From the NCBI GenBank assembly GCA_001643675.2, contig LSRY02000032.1, positions 744,001 to 808,000 on the forward strand: a stretch of 64,000 nt of DNA. Reading direction: 5' to 3'. This DNA is from Monocercomonoides exilis PA203 (lineage: Eukaryota > Protista > Preaxostyla). The notes beneath the pieces are model-generated. The model made no database searches, had not been told where the DNA came from, and saw only the letters and a program-made list of their open reading frames with translations. This document shows, one piece after another, positions 34,901-46,960 of this stretch (the stretch's first letter is position 1; each line of letters starts with the position of its first letter). The position numbers and the translations under genes were made by a program.

Positions 34901-37249
34901 GCTGCTTTCTCGTTTGAGACACCCATTGAAGCGCCTGCTGGTGCAATTGGAGCGAGCCTCGGCGTTGTCTCTTCCGGCGGAGGCGCATCTGCTGAAGTGC
35001 CAGCAGCTGTCTCAGCAAAGACCGGCGCATACGCAGAATCAGCATCAAACCGAACAACAGACGGCATCTGCGAATTGGATGAAGCCAGCTGTGTCTCCAC
35101 TTCAGCCTCCGAGGCATAAGTCGACTGAGAATATGTTGGCACAGAATATGAAGGCGCGGAGTAAGAAGGCGCAGCAAACGATGGAGACGACGAAGAAGAC
35201 GACGATGATGAAGCAGAAGATGATGCTAACGAGACAACTGCTGTTTGCATCTGCTGCTGGGCTTGTGCCACATCGCTCGCGTTGTTGTTCTCTTCCCTCA
35301 GCCTCTGTGCTGCTTCCTTCTTTTTTTCTGCCATCTTCTTCTTAAGCGCTGCCTGCTCCGACATGGAAAGCGGGATTTCCGGCGGCTCGCCCCATTTGAA
35401 CGTGCCGTTCTCAATCATCAAAGCAACCGTCGGATCGCTTGGTTTGTCCCTCTTCTCGATTTTCAGTTCAGGCAGAACAAGAAAGTCCCGAATTCTCGTT
35501 ATGGACACGTTGATCAGTCCAATCCCCTGGAAAATCATGGGCAGCATTGTCGTCGGCTGCGTCATCAACGTCAAAAACCCCAAATTAGCCATCACATACA
35601 CCGCAAACATGTCTTGCGTAATGTTGTTTGTGAAGATGTACACTGAGAACGTCGCAAGATTCACCAGCTGCGGCGTCACACGCATTATCGCATTCATAAT
35701 CTGCATAATCGTGATCATTGACTTTGCCGAATCTATCTGCTTTCCCCTCGGCTCGTTGATTTTTGCGACAAACGCTTCTTCCAGCCCGGTGTATTTCACT
35801 ACTCTCATCCCTTGGAGTGTTTCGTTCGTAATCTTCGTGCGTGCATCGTTAAGATTAAGATAGCTCTTCATTCTGGCCATCATGATCGTCACACATACAA
35901 TCTATTTAAAATGCAAAAATAAAAAAATGCAAATGTTCGAAAAATTCAAGAAACGTTCAAGAAACATTCGAATAATCATGATTATTACTTCAGAAGAAAG
36001 ATAAGTTTAAAAATTCAAACCTCAACAGGGAGGAGTATGACAATAACAGCCACAGCAACAAGTGTCGAAGCTCCGAAGTCTGCAATCAAGAAGCCGAATG
36101 GCACAAGGATCTGAATTGGAATCCAAAGCATCATCAAAAACATCGGAATCATCTCTGCCACATTCCGCGCATCCGTGGAAATAAGCGTAAGAAGTCTCCC
36201 TGTATCGATGTTGCTCTGCGCTGTGATGTTCAAAAGGAGTGTCTTGCTGTAGATGGCCCCAGTAAATGCTGCACGAATTTGCGCCGCAAAATGGTAAAGC
36301 AGCCGATATCCGCATCCGTCAAGCAGCGCATTCAGAATGGGGCACAGCATCAGTATGATTCCTGTTGCATATGGAAATGTGTTGGATCCAGCCATTCCGT
36401 TTGTTGAGTCATAGATTCCCTTGGATGTCACTGCTTTCAAAACCTCTTTCATCATGATTGGCTGCACCAAATTGAATCCGGTTCTAAAATTACATGTTGA
36501 GGCCCCGTGAAAATAGCAGCGAGTGATTTTCGAAAGGATGAAGGAGAAAAGGAAAATATTCGAAAAAACAAAGATAATTATGGTAATTTTGATTTAAAAA
36601 TGCCTTTAAAAAAAAGACGGCATACGCCAGTAACTGCAGAAAGAGACCAAATACTATTTCTGGAGTGATTAAAGATTTTATGACAGTCCCTGCAAGCGGT
36701 GGAGGCTTTATTTTTTTCATTGTATATCTAGAAAAAAGTTAGTTTGAAAATAAAGGAATTGAAAGCTTACAAGGTTTTAAAGCGAAGCAAACTCTGGATT
36801 TTCAGCTTTCTTTTGCTCTTCTTCAGCCTTCTCTTGCACATATTTTGCGTAAAGAGGCCCCCAGGCAGCAATAAACTTTTTGGAAACATTTGCTGTGTTG
36901 TCCTTTTGATGCACTTCATAAATGTCATCGTCGGAGAGGGGCTTCCGCCGGCACACAAAGGGGAAGAAGAAGCAGAAGAAGAAGTTCCAAAGGCAGAATG
37001 AATTTTCTTCACGATTTTTTAATCTTGTGTATTCCTTTGGCTTTTCTTCGGCAAGGGTGACTTCTCCTTGCAGTTTTTTATCGGCAACGTTCGACTCCAT
37101 TACCGCGTATTTTTCAAGCTCGATGTTCTTTTCCGCTGCTTCGTTTTTTCTTCAAAATTCGGATTTGAATCAGGCTTGTCATTTATATGGTTCAAATCGG
37201 ACCGTAGCTTATAGCTAAGTATCTTAGATATTGTATTGGTATCTGACAT
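31981..37249 (-). CDS. ABCC/MRP-type ABC transporter, left copy; 1-nt deletion near the 5' end relative to the right copy
   Basis: NBD1 GGVGSGKSS / LSGGQKAR / IYILDD; TMD2 FFDTTPMGRILNRF; NBD2 GRTGAGKSS / FSAGQRQL / IMDEAT; three GT-AG introns. T6 at 37144-37149 versus A7 in the right copy shifts the frame before ATG 37100. Confidence 0.92.
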
Positions 37250-37351
37250 ATCGTGTGTTGATTGCTCGATGAAATGAAAATTAATTTGGCCCATATTTTT
37301 GGACTCTTCGGAAATGGCCCATCGGAAAAATGGAAAATTAGTATTATATTA

Positions 37352-37493
37352 ATATGGGTTTAGAATTTTTTTTTTTTTTTTTCGTGGAAAAACATATGTT
37401 TATTCAGAATTAAGACAATGTGAGTATGCACGTGCACATATCTGTGTGATCATCACTTTCGTTAGCTTTTATAAAATAATTATTGCCCCATAT
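37352..37493. mobile_element. Mini ATAT-GGG...CCC-ATAT element containing a T17 tract, upstream of left ABCC copy
   Basis: Termini ATATGGGT and GCCCCATAT. The right end AAAATAATTATTGCCCCATAT resembles the element B end AAAATATTTTGCCCCATAT (6861-6879). Confidence 0.45.
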
Positions 37494-38377
37494 ATAAAAT
37501 TTACAAAAGAATTAAATAGGTGATAATTTTTTTTAAAAAAGAAAATTCAAAATGAAAAAATGGAGCAAAACTGGCTCCGCAAAGAAGTAAAATAGAAAAA
37601 TAAAGCTTGACGAAGAGCAAAATTAACGCAACGCGAGCGAGGATGACAAAGGAACCCAAAGGCGTTAATTATTTCTGAAAAGATGTCAAATATCGCAATG
37701 TGGTCTCCGTGCTGATGAACAAGAAGACACCAGACTGAAATGGGACAAGGAAGAAAAGCAGAAAGAGTTCAATCGGTCTTTGACGAATGCACAGATGATG
37801 ATACAGGCAGAAGATGAAGCAATGAGATTTTTTAGATTTGCATGCTTGTTCGTGCAGAGTCAGTCTTGTTCAGCCAATGACGATAACGAGGGGGATGCTT
37901 CGAAGCGATCCGGCATGCTGATTTTCAGTCTGCGTGGTTGGTTTTTGGGGAGAACGAGTAAAATGGGTTGTATGCTCTGCTGACAAAGAGGCCATCGAAG
38001 CAATTGAATCGGAAAAGTGCGCAGAAACGGAAGTTAGTGTGTTTGACCCAGCAGCAAATAAAATGCGAATATTCGAGGAAGATAAAGGAAGATAGGAGGA
38101 ACGAATGCGGAAAAGATGTTCTGATACCAAGAAGAAAAAGGCAAAGAATCCAAAATGAACAAAGAAGAAGGTGATGAAAATTGGAAGGAGATGACAACTG
38201 CTAATTGGAGAAAGTGAGAGCGGTAAAAGGGAAAATGACGCCATTTGCGCTGAATATGAAATTAAATGTGCAATCAAAACGCAAGCATTTTGATTTACAA
38301 GAAAACATTCATTCACTTTCTTCTCTTCGATCTGAGAGTATCACTTAAGGGTCAGTTACGGCGAATCTGAAGATAGA

Positions 38378-39000
38378 ATGCTCACAAGCTCCCCACTCAG
38401 CACTGGACCCACGTTGAATTCTGCCACATTTTTGATGTCAGATGGAACTCCGGGAGAGATGTTTTCGAGGATGATTTCTCATTCCAGTTCTGAATTTTCC
38501 CAACAGATTCCGGGAGCTTCAGAAGTAAAAGAAAGCCATGACGAGGATAGTTTGCTGTTAGAAAAAAGCTATAAAACAATATTTCTCAGAGATCCGGATT
38601 GCAACTTATGTGATATGGATTTACCAGAAAGATATTTGGTAGATCTTATTATTGACCTGAAGAAAGATGATTTAAGTCCTTTTCTGCCAAAGGCTCCTCC
38701 TGCAGCTTCGAGAACAGATAATTGGATGAACGACACATTGGAAAAGGCAGGCGAGCGAACTGAAGCATTTCTATATCAAGCCATTAAAATTCTGCTTTTC
38801 ACACATGCGAAATTAAAAGAAAAAGATGACGAAAAATGATCAATTGCAGATGCAATTTTATTAGTTTCAGAATCGCTGAAGGAAGCAAGATCAGTATGAA
38901 CTCAAGGAAGATTCGGCTATAGGGCTGCTGCACATATGAAGGAGAGCTCAGCTACCAGTCTTCTTTCTCAAAGGCAATCAGAATTTCTTCAAGAATGGTG
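38378..39000 (+). pseudogene. DIRS gag-like ORF with in-frame stops
   Basis: Frame reads through TGA at 38837 and 38897 (EK*SIADAILL..RSV*TQGRFG); assigned by position upstream of pol. Confidence 0.5.
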
Positions 39001-39369
39001 AAAAACAGAAAAGAGTCAACAATTCAAGCTGCAAACAACGAGCTGGCCTATGAGAAGAAGTTCGATAAGATCCAGAACAATTCCAAACAGAAGATCAGTA
39101 AGCCACAGATTTTTTCAAGAAGCTCCCCGGTTGTCAAGACAACAAGACCAAATCAGGCTGCGACCAAGAGCTTCAGGTTTCGCTTCAAGAAGACAATCAG
39201 GGGAGTGAAAATTCCAATAGAGAAAACGAACAGCATTCAACAGCCCGCAGAAGTCCGACAAGAGAAAATGGTTGGAGGAAGAACTTGTTAATTTCGAGAA
39301 GAATGGGAAAAAATTGGAGGAGCATGAATTATTGGGAAAGGAGTAATCCTTGTATGGAGGAGCAAAGCC

Positions 39370-41150
39370 GTGAAGGAATCACTCAAGAAAACAGGAGTTT
39401 TCAACCCTTTGGAGCATCAGAGTCAAGAAGCCCAACAAGCCTTTTCAGAGATGATCAAGAAGCAGCTGGAAACAAATATCATCAAGCCAATTCACAAGAA
39501 GGATGTGAAGCATTTGAACCCAGTGTTTGTTATCAGAAAGAAAGACGGTGGCTGGAGGCAAATCGTGGATTGTCGAAGACTGAACAATGCAATCAAGACG
39601 ATTTGTTACAAGCAAGAAGACCACAGAACAGTGGAGAAAATTATACAAGAAAAGGATTACGCAGTCACATTGGACTTGAGCCAAGCTTATTATCTAATAA
39701 ACGTCAGCGAAGAATTATCTCCATTCCTTTCGTTCGTTTTCAAAGGAAAATACTACGCTTTCCACGGAATGCCTTTCGGATACAAAGATGCGCCTCGAAC
39801 GTTCACAAAAGTGATAAGAAAAGTTCTGAAATACATGAGGGAGAAATGGAATGAAAGAACAATTGCAAACCTGGACGATATTGTTCTTCTTCATCAAGAC
39901 CAACAGGAACTCAATATGATTGTGGAGAAAACTCTTTCGATGTTCAACAAATTGAGACTATTGGTCAATTCAGAAAAATGTCATTTAATTCCAAGTTAGC
40001 AGTTCAAATTTTTGGGTTTCCAATGGGATACAAATCAGTTTGTTGTACAGATAGAGGAATCGAAGAAAACCGAGCTGATGAAAGAGTGCAAGAAATGGAG
40101 GAGGATTGTCCAGAACAACAGAGTTGTTTTGATAAAGAAGTTTGCCTCGTTGATAGGGAAACTGAATGCAACCAGATTCGTGTCATAAGAAGCCTCCCTG
40201 AATTTGTCACAACTGTTCAAACTCCTAAACAAAGCTTTGAGTCTGAATGGATGGCAAGGAAAAATGCGCGTGAATGCGTCGATTACAAATTGCCTCAGGA
40301 AGTGGAGCGAAAGGCTGAAAGTGAACCAACCAAGGAGATTGAATCCAGTGTTTCGACCAGAAGCAATTCCAACGACAGATGCATCAGGGTTTGCCATTAG
40401 CGCAACACAAAAAGTCAACAATCAAATGCTGGACTTTCACAAACCTCTTCCACCTCCATTCAGAAACCAAAGTTCAAATTACAGAGAGCTATTCGCTATA
40501 AATCAAGCCATCGCGCATTTCCCAAATTCCATTCGAAATCAAGAAATAAGAAATCTGCTTATTTGATCAGACAACACAACAGCAGTTAACAATCTGAATC
40601 AACGGGGAGCGGGTCCGAATCTCAGAACCCTTCTGAAGAAAATATGGAATCAAATCCAAGTGCTGAAAGTTGTTGTGAAAGCTCAACATATTCCCGGAGA
40701 GAGAAACGTCAGAGCTGATGGCCTATCGAGATTGGCAAAAGGAGGAGATTACGAAGTCGAAAAAGAAGAACTCGAAGAGATCACCAATCAGCTTCAGATG
40801 CACATCACACTCGATGCCTTCGCAACAAAAGAAAACACAAAATCAACGAGATGGTGCAGACCAGGAAGCAATTTAAGTCAAGACGGGTTACATATTTTTT
40901 GGAGAAACGAGACAGTTCTTGCGCATCCCCTGATTTCTTTGATTCCAGCAGTTATCCGAAAAGCCATGACGGAGGATGCTAAAGTTATTCTTCTTCTTCC
41001 CGATTGAAAGGGTCAGATATGGGAACCTCTCCCGAACAACACAAATCACATTTCCTTGACATGGAGGAGATCTGTGGTGATTATCAAGGAACGAATATGG
41101 ATGAAGTTAATGAATGAAACTCTCACTTGGGAGATCGAAAATATGTTGAA
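39370..41150 (+). pseudogene. DIRS pol: reverse transcriptase - RNase H - DNA N6-adenine methylase-like, one frame with three in-frame stops
   Basis: RT motifs PVFVIRKKDGGWRQIVDCRRLN, TLDLSQAY, MPFGYKDAPRTF, NLDD (for YLDD), FKFLG; RNase H TTDAS, SSNYREL, *SDNTTA, HIPGERNVRADGLSR; MT LDAFAT..N, AHP, LPD*KGQIW. Stops at 39997, 40564, 41005. Confidence 0.9.
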
Positions 41151-42090
41151 TTAATCTATATGTGTGATTTTTAATGAGATCATAAAATCGTTGCATCGTT
41201 GATCTTTCATGAGTAATTTTTTTTGTTGTTAAAAATTTTCAATTAAAAAATATATTTGAAAATCTGAAGAAAGATCGTTGAAAAACTTGAAAACATGCAA
41301 TTTATCGATGACATTTAATAAAAAAAGTGATTGAAAAAATGTTGTGGTATGCTTGATAATTTAATTTTCTTTTTTCCGTGAAAGTTTATGTATCGGATAA
41401 GAAAAAAGAAAATGAACATTTTCTGCGGAATAGAAAATATTATTTTTCTCAGTTACAAGGTCAGTGACCGCGGGAATTGATGATGGAATTAGGCAAGATG
41501 ATTTTTAAGAAAAGCATCTGGGAAGGAGATGCAGCAATTTGATTGTCGAAAAAATATTTAGATGTTTGTATTTTTTATTGTTCTTGTTTATCTTAAAGAT
41601 GTTTCCATCCATGGACTTCTCAGAGTGCAAGAATCTGATAAATACTGTAAATAGTCATTCCTTTGCTTTTCTGAGGAGAACATCAGAAGGAAGGTGGATT
41701 CCGAGATACAACCAGCAAATGAGAATTGAAGATTTTCTGTATTCAATTGGGAGAGGGGATGAAAATAAATTCAATTTAAAAGCATTTGGAAGAGAGGGGA
41801 AATTGAAGAAGAATGCCAACAATTGGACAGTTATTGGAAAGAATAAAATTTGGAGATATTTTTCAGAAAAGAAGTTGATGAAAACATCAAAAGCAGAATA
41901 TTTATGAGGGAATAAAGAAAGATGGAGAAAGGAACGCTGGGAAACAATGGAAAAGGAGAATGGCAGCATCAGTGATTGGGCAATCTTCTGCTTATGCAAT
42001 AGGGAGGGTGTATGTGTTCTTTTGAGGAATTTTTATAATCAATGCAACACTAATTATTTTTAATTATATATTTTTATTTCCATTACAATC

Positions 42091-44973
42091 GACAGTTTTG
42101 ATTTCGAAGAGCGCCATTCCCAGGGACAATCCATTTTAAACGGAATTTTTTCAAATCATGTGATTTCTTCTCCTTCTCCTTCTCCTTCTCCTTCTCCTTC
42201 TCCTTCTCCTTCTTTCTTCTTCTTCTACTACTACTACTTCTTCTTCTGCTTCTGTTGCTTCTGCTTCTTCTTCTTCAGATGACCAATCAGCACAGCGAAA
42301 GCTCGCCCAATCACAGAAATCGCCAAGGGCACTCAACAACAACTGCACACCACAAACACAAATAACTCCATCTCGTGCCCGTATCTCTTATCTCCCACGC
42401 TCAGCTGTCTATCAACCCAATTTAGAAGGCTTTCTGGTTGTTTCCTTCAGCAACACGTCAGAACTGACCCAGCACTGCATATCTTTGCTGAACATGTTCT
42501 TCTGCAAAGAGCAGCCGAAGCGAGGCCTGCTGTACCTGAAGATTGAGCCGATTTCTTTCGCTCAAGCAAAAGAATACCAATTAGTGGACTCTTAGGGCTG
42601 CACAATGAATCTTTTGGGAAGGATAGCGTGGATCTTGCAGAAGGAGGGGATGGAGACTGTTAATGGGACAGAAATAGATTCATTGGTTGATCGGATGCAC
42701 AAGACAACAAGGCTGGTCATCAACATCAACAAGGAAGACTGCACACGCATATACAGCCAGCTGTCGCTGTTCAGACGTGAAGCGAATGTGATCTGCACAC
42801 AGCAGATGAACCAGGAGATCCTCACTCAGATTTCGTCGAACTTGCTCAACCCGTTTTTCTCGATGATCATCCCCACACTTGTTCAGGAGGATGCGATACA
42901 CCAACTAGCAACTTCGGCATCTGCACAGGCAAATGGCACAGACAGCGAAAAAGGCAGCAGCAGCAGCATAAGTTGCAGCGGAAACAGTGGAGGAGGAGGT
43001 GGTGGGTATGGCACAACTGTCTTGCCGGCCTCTTCTCCGCTTCTATCTTCATTTGGACAAACTTTTCCGTTTTCCAGTGCAGCTGGGCAGATAAATGTGC
43101 CGGATCACCTCGCCTCTTCTGGTTCAATGCCTGATTCTGTGCAGGTTCAATGTGCAAAGACGAAATCGATCAGGCAGGTGATTGTGAACACGCTGACACA
43201 CATCTACCGACAAGCAGTGAACTTGTCACAGACACACAGTTCAAAGAGTACGACGTGGGGGTTCACAGGGAGAGACACGATATCTGGCTCGTACTTCATA
43301 GAGAACTATTCACACTCAGAGTTTGTGGAGTTTGTGGACTACTACTGCAAGGCGTTGATGCACAGCATCCGGGCGATGCAACAGCAGATTGTGTCGTGTA
43401 AGTCGACAATTTTGATCATTGAGCATCTCCAGACACACACAAACCTCCTCCAGCAGCGCATGTCACAGACACAGACTTTACTGCAGAACCAGAATGCGAT
43501 TGATCTCTTGGAGCAGAGAGATTCGTTGATCAGAAGGACGATTGATACAACACAGAGGCAGATGGATGTACTGAGTGCAGAACTGGAGAGGATCGAGGAG
43601 ATGTTACATTTAGAGTCACCTGGGCAGCCGTCAATGGAGGAACAGCTGCTAATAGGCGCTGTGAAGCAGTCGATGGACACCATCCAGCCTGTCATCCCCA
43701 CCATCACCACCACTTTCCGTGCGTCGGTTTCACTCAACGTGTATGTGGAGCGGCTGAGCAACCTGTGCATCCTGTTTGTGATACGCGACGGCATCCTCAT
43801 TGAGCAGTTTCGGGACATTCAAACAGTTGAGATGATCCACATGACGTCGAATGTGGATTTTCTCTCTGTTTCCCTGGAGACGGTGAAAGAGGTGAACATG
43901 CGGCTGGATACTTAAGTGTGCTATCACGAACTCCCCGTGCTGCCATCAACCGCGTGCGGCTGCTGTTCCGCTGGCTGAAGAACCTGTACTTCTTGGTGAT
44001 CCAATCAGGGACGTTTGACGAGGTGGATAGGAGGCAGTATCAGCTGTCGTATACACTTGTGATCAAAGAGAGCAGGAGGGAGAAGTGTCCCGATCTGATT
44101 GCGCAGATGGAGAACGAAAGGGCCCAGATCCGGAGGCACATCGCAACCATCACGAAGAGCAAGTTTGCGACAGAAGAGACAGTGCAGAGGGGAAAGACGC
44201 TGCTCATTCGTACCGAAGAGCTGTCTTATTCTCTGAACAAGCTTCTTGAGAGCCTTTTTGCTGGCTTGTCTTCGCTCAATCATCAGATGCGCACAGTTCT
44301 TGGGGATGTTATGTTCACGTGTTGTGTGTATGTGCTCACTAACAGATTCAATTTGCAGATAAAGTCGCTGTTTTTGAGGGACAATGTTATCCACGAGATC
44401 AGAAAGAACCACACCCCACTCTCAAGACACCCGGACTCCCTCACATTTATCGTCACTTCTTCATTCAACCGCATGTACTCCATCAAAAGTGACTCATTCG
44501 CGAACCCAATGGCAGAAAGACACAGAATGTCGACGATGAGGCTGATCCCAGAGCTGGAGAGAGAATATGAGGTGGATGCCATCAGCGAGAAAAGCTTCGA
44601 AATCGATGCAGAAACTGCACTGCGCCTGGAAAGCATGTCGTCTGCGAAGCAGCTGTCAGATACAGCGTCAGTCTCAATATCAGCATCATCTGCAGTGGCA
44701 GCGGAAGCGGAAGTGGAAACAACAGCTTCTATACAGCTGGCTTCTTCTTCTCATTCTCCAGCCATCACCTGCTCTCCAAGCATCACCACCACTAGCAGCC
44801 AGACATCTGAAATTGTTATCCCTCCACAGTCATACTCATCTTCCTCCTCTTCTTCTTCCTCTTCTTCCTCTTCTGCCTCATCTTCCTCCTTTTCCTCTTC
44901 TTCTTCTGCTCTCTATCATGCATATTGCACTATAATATGCAAAAAAAAAAAGATTATGCATTATCAAGATTAG
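42091..44973 (+). pseudogene. Divergent dynein heavy chain-like fragment (AAA4 end to stalk coiled coils), disrupted
   Basis: YSHSEFVEFVDYYCKAL..LQQRMSQTQ resembles the AAA4/CC1 junction, LLFRWLKNLY the MTBD/CC2 start, and QMRTVLGDVMFTCCVYVLTNRF the GD..Y.G.F motif after CC2. In-frame TAG at 42593, frameshift ~43912, poly-Ser tracts at both ends. The family call is by recalled motif similarity. Confidence 0.55.
42166..42278 (+). repeat. (CTTCTC)n/(TCT)n microsatellite
   Basis: Directly visible tandem hexamer and trimer run. Confidence 0.9.
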
Positions 44974-45743
44974 TAAAGCATTTGCTCCTTTTAAAAAATT
45001 CTTTGAAAGAAAACGAGTGTAATTAGAAAAAGATGAACAAAAAAGAAAAAGGAAAATAACCTCAACAAAAAGATGCGATTCATGATTTGATTCAAAAAAT
45101 GATATTTATCATTTTGAGTTTTTGATTTCAAACCTTTTGATGTTTTAATTGCAGATAATATTTGTTTTTAAATAAAATATATGTAATCAATTAATTTGTT
45201 CGAATATTTGATAATAGTTTTTCATTCATACGTATCATTGCTTCTATATTTTCATAACTATTAACTTTCAAAAAATTATACAGGATTAACGATTTTTCAC
45301 CTTTTCGTATTTTCAACTCATTGAAATGTTGAAATGTTTATAATTATTCAAAAATTCAAAATTTCTATTCAAATTAATGAAACAAAAAAGGTCAATATTT
45401 ATGAAAATAATTGTTTGACACAAATTACAACTGAAAGATAATTTTTTAAAACAAAAATGAAAAGTTAGTTAATAGTTTATGTAATAACGATCTTATTGAA
45501 ACTTAAAATTCGTTGATATGTGAAATAAACACAAATGTGGAATTAACAAAAATGAATGATGGAAACAAAATGATCAATTTTGATTTTTTGTGGGACAAAA
45601 TTTTTGTTGTGGAGTTTTTCAAAAAAAACACACATTTGTTATTCAAAATATAATTATATTTCAATAAATAACTTTTTTTTACCAATTCCATCTATCATAT
45701 TTGAAGAGTCGATTTTAATGATCCCATAAAAAATCACCCATAT

Positions 45744-46960
45744 CTGAATAGGAAGATTTGTGGTGGAACGAGATTTTGTCCTCAAGACACATATGACATG
45801 AACTGGCCGAAGAGTGCAAAAACAGCATTGCAAGTGCCACATGGATGGGATACACTTATGGTTTCGCACATTTCAAAGACCGATGGGATAAGTTGAAATA
45901 CAAAGACATCCCTTCAAAATTTCAAATTTGGCAAAAAAGATACTTGGATGTGTTTGTCGCTTTAAAAAACAACGGAATGAAAGCTTCTTCATTGAGAATT
46001 GTCAGATCTGCCATTTCTTTCCTAACATCAGTATTATACGGAAAATCACTTGGAGAGAACACCTTGATCTCAATCCTGTTTTGATCATTCAGGAGATCGG
46101 AATGCAGAAAGAAAAAGAGACAAGATGATATGTGGAACCCTCATCAACTCTTCACATATATAGAAACGATTGGAAAGAACGAAAATATGACATTCTCACA
46201 GCTAACGAGGAAAACAAATTGTTTGTGTATGATGTTTTTTGCTTGCCGCTATTCGGTGCTGGAAAGAATCGGTCTCAAGGAATCAGAAATAGATAAGCAA
46301 TCAATAAACCTGAATCCATCACTGAAAACTGGACTTGAAAGAAGCAATATTGTCATCCCATTTCTCAGCAAGGAAAGTTTAATATATCCAGCAACAGCCG
46401 TTAAAGATCTATGGGATCGAGTGAAAATTCACAATCCTGCTTCTAAAAAACAATTTCTGAGCTCTTCAATATATGATCCAATGAAGGCCCGAGCAATTCG
46501 AAAAGATGCAAGCGAAATGATGAAAGATGCAAGAATCCCTTCGAACTTCAGCTCATACACCTTGAAACATACCACTATATCAGCCTTAACAATGGCGGGA
46601 ACTCCAGTCGAACAGGTGGCAAAATTCGCAAGATAATCCCCCAGAAGCAACACAGTGATTAAACATTATTTCAAATCCAACATATCAAACAAGATGGCAC
46701 AGATTATATCGTCCAATCAGGAGACAAAGAAAGCAACTCAACAGCCTTCCACGGTTCCTCCATCCACAACTGCACCAGACAATAATGATTCCATTATTCC
46801 CATAAATCAACAATCACATTTGCCAGAAGGATATGAAACAGAGAAAGCAAGAGAAGAGATTTCACAACCAGACCGTATCGAAGAACCAGATGATAGTGAG
46901 TATCAATCTATCCACGAAAAGCAATCATATACCACAAACATTGAAAACGAGAAAGACTAA
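45744..46960 (+). pseudogene. DIRS tyrosine recombinase, one frame with in-frame stops
   Basis: SIASATWMGY (N-domain), ACRYS (Arg), SLKTG (Lys), YPATAV, YTLKH (box II), FAR*SPRSNTVIKHY (Tyr). ORFs at 45845, 46130 and 46655 share a frame; stops at 45749, 45794, 46082, 46634. Confidence 0.85.

Larger units (their letters stand above)
31363..38339. repeat. Left arm (6977 bp) of large inverted repeat
   Basis: Reverse complement of 47079-54100; ORFs mirror in all frames; boundaries TTATCTCG.. (31363) and ..TCTGAGAGT (38339). Confidence 0.97.
41158..45743. mobile_element. Non-autonomous TIR element (~4.6 kb) with ATAT at both ends, nested between DIRS MT and YR and carrying host-like gene fragments
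   Basis: Left ATATGTGTGATTTTTAATGAGATCATAAAATCG versus reverse complement of right ATATGGGTGATTTTTTATGGGATCATTAAAATCG. Further co-linear matches at offsets ~92 (TATATTT(T)GAA) and ~120 (TTGAAAAACT). Confidence 0.72.

Noticed and set aside
37780-38316. Short ORFs in the inner arm (and mirror 47102-47638) as genes
   Set aside because: No recognisable motifs; identity between copies only reflects the inverted repeat. More likely DIRS terminal sequence.
44919-44951. Hairpin TGCATATT..AATATGCA plus A11 as a Helitron end or retrocopy tail
   Set aside because: The stem is AT-rich, there is no CTRR terminus at the expected spacing, and short A runs are common here.
39370-46960. Stop-codon reassignment or readthrough making the DIRS ORFs functional
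   Set aside because: TGA would need to mean Arg at 40564 and Trp at 41005. Host genes here end in TAA, TAG and TGA, and the RT YLDD motif is also mutated to NLDD.
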